In this document: piece after piece, positions 62,415-64,000 of the stretch | How positions within the stretch are numbered: position 1 is the first letter of the stretch | Layout of the letters: each line of letters opens with the position of its first letter | DNA from: Podarcis liolepis | Taxonomy: Eukaryota | NCBI GenBank assembly: GCA_965112155.1 | Contig: OZ218099.1 | DNA: 64,000 bases | Strand: one strand, 5' to 3' | The notes under the pieces: model-generated | The model's database searches: none | What the model was told of the DNA's origin: nothing | Seen by the model: only the letters and a program-made list of their open reading frames with translations | Made by a program: the position numbers and the translations under genes

Positions 62415-63769
62415 AGTTATGATCAGGAGACCAGAGGCCTAGACAGGCAGCTTGTACTGGCAAGGCTGCAAGGGCTTTGGGGGGCTTGGTGTGACCTAAT
62501 TGACTTGGAGAGACAGTTGACATTATTGGAGGCACCCCCCCCCCACTCCTGGTTCTTCACTCTTCTCTTTGCCCTGCCTATTTTTTATTTTTTAGGTATA
62601 GGTATCAGCAGCGGTGGCGCTGCTTTTCACCCTCCCTTTCTCTGTGACTGGGTAGGTTGCAAGCAAGCAAGGCAAAGCTGCTTGCCAGCATATACCAGAT
62701 CCTTCATGACTCCAGCTTACAAACATTTTCATTAACAAAAATTCAGAACCCAAGGCAGGAGTGGCAGCTGGCTCAGGCAGTAAGACACTAGCTTTGACAC
62801 TGCAGAATTGTTGAGGATAAAGGAGTAAAAGGCATTGGAACACTGACTGTTGGAAACCTTGGTTTGAGACCCTCTCAACACTTTTCCGTGTGGCACAGAA
62901 TTTGTTAATACTTCAGTAAAACATATGTAAACTTGTTATATAAGTTGCCTCAACATGATCCTGCCATTATGCGTCAATTCATGATACCAAAGTTGTCTTT
63001 GCAGAATTTTTTTGTTGGGGATTTGTGCTCTTGCTGATTTCCCAGTTGGTAATGCTGTATAGACTTGCCAGAGATCCTCATTTCAACAACTCTAATGAGG
63101 TTGTGACTTTCAAGGACATGTTGGCTACATGCTCTGAGGAAGTCTTGAGAAGTGCATTCAGGGGACCTTTCGCTTCCTTCAAGGGTCGCAGACCAGCCTG
63201 AGAATATCCCAAATTAGCAACTGTTGCCCTTTCATATCATCTTGATCATTACAGAATGTGTTTGCCAGTGAGAGAATAGGGAATGGAAATAACCATCCTA
63301 TTATTTCCATTTGCAGAATTGCGCCAGGATCTATTTTAGTTCTTTAAAAAAGCACAACACAACACCCTTTGTTATCCATATCAAAGTTTGGTTATGTTCA
63401 TGTGGCTTATGTATGAATAGGTTAGGGATTCCAATGCTTGAAGTAGGACTCCCAGTACTGCAGCTCACAGGGCAAATCACATTTTCTGTGACTAAGCTAC
63501 TGCACAGGGGTGTGCGACTAAACTACCAATCTGAGCTCTTAGGAAGAAGAGCTATCTTTAAAAGTAATACATAATCCTCATTCCCTATCTTTTGCCTTAT
63601 GTGGTTTCTCTCCATTCATCACCTCCACTGCTTTTTCTCTCTTGTGTTTCCACAAATGCCTCATGAGGGCCTGTCCTCAACTATCCAGGAGCCATGTGTA
63701 GTTCCAGAGAAATTTTGATCAGCCCTTGTTTTCACAAAACCTGGCTTCTTACACTCACTTTTCTAAATA

Positions 63770-64000
63770 CGGTGGTACCTCGGGTTACATACACTTCAGG
63801 TTATATACGCTTCAGGTTACAGACTCCGCTAACCCAGAAATAGTACCTCGGGTTAAGAACTTTGCTTCAGGATAAGAACAGAAATCGTGCTCCGGCGGTG
63901 CAGCAGCAGCGGGAGGCCCCATTAGCTAAAGTGGTGCTTCAGGTTAAGAACAGTTTCGGGTTAAGAATGGACCTCTGGAACGAATTAAGTACTTAACCCG
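63770..64000 (+). mobile_element. Tigger-like MITE, family C (runs off the window end)
   Basis: TA|CGGTGGTACCTCGGGTTAC; colinear with 59209-59450. Confidence 0.92.

Noticed and set aside
48754-64000. Terminal coding exon of TMEM104
   Set aside because: It should be a hydrophobic ORF of roughly 250 codons. None of the ORFs here (e.g. 51098..51535, 61453..61836, 62370..62735) match, so it lies downstream.

Overview
Vertebrate genomic DNA from a squamate, probably a lacertid lizard (Sauria SINEs, squamate L2/CR1 LINEs, Tigger-like and hAT MITEs). The window opens on a CpG-island promoter (~200-1020) that looks bidirectional. On the + strand it drives TMEM104 (SLC38A12, an orphan amino-acid-transporter-family membrane protein). 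I reconstructed 8 coding exons by hand: 4071-4115, 8731-8852, 14255-14336, 14710-14806, 15405-15485, 22973-23072, 23969-24077 and 48660-48753. All are GT-AG and phase-consistent, giving 730 nt (243 codons + 1 nt) with no stop. The long terminal exon lies beyond the window. On the - strand there is a probable first exon of a head-to-head neighbour (NAT9 in human; identity here rests on synteny only). The rest is intron: transposon fragments, microsatellites and a 200-N gap. I found no firm evidence of a wholly new system. The best leads are a candidate recursive-splice site or 7-nt microexon almost mid-way through the 24.6-kb intron, CLEAR-like promoter motifs paired with acidic dileucine signals (lysosomal hypothesis), a MITE packed with ETS/NRF1/CRE motifs, and an L2 insertion with twin-priming-like structure.
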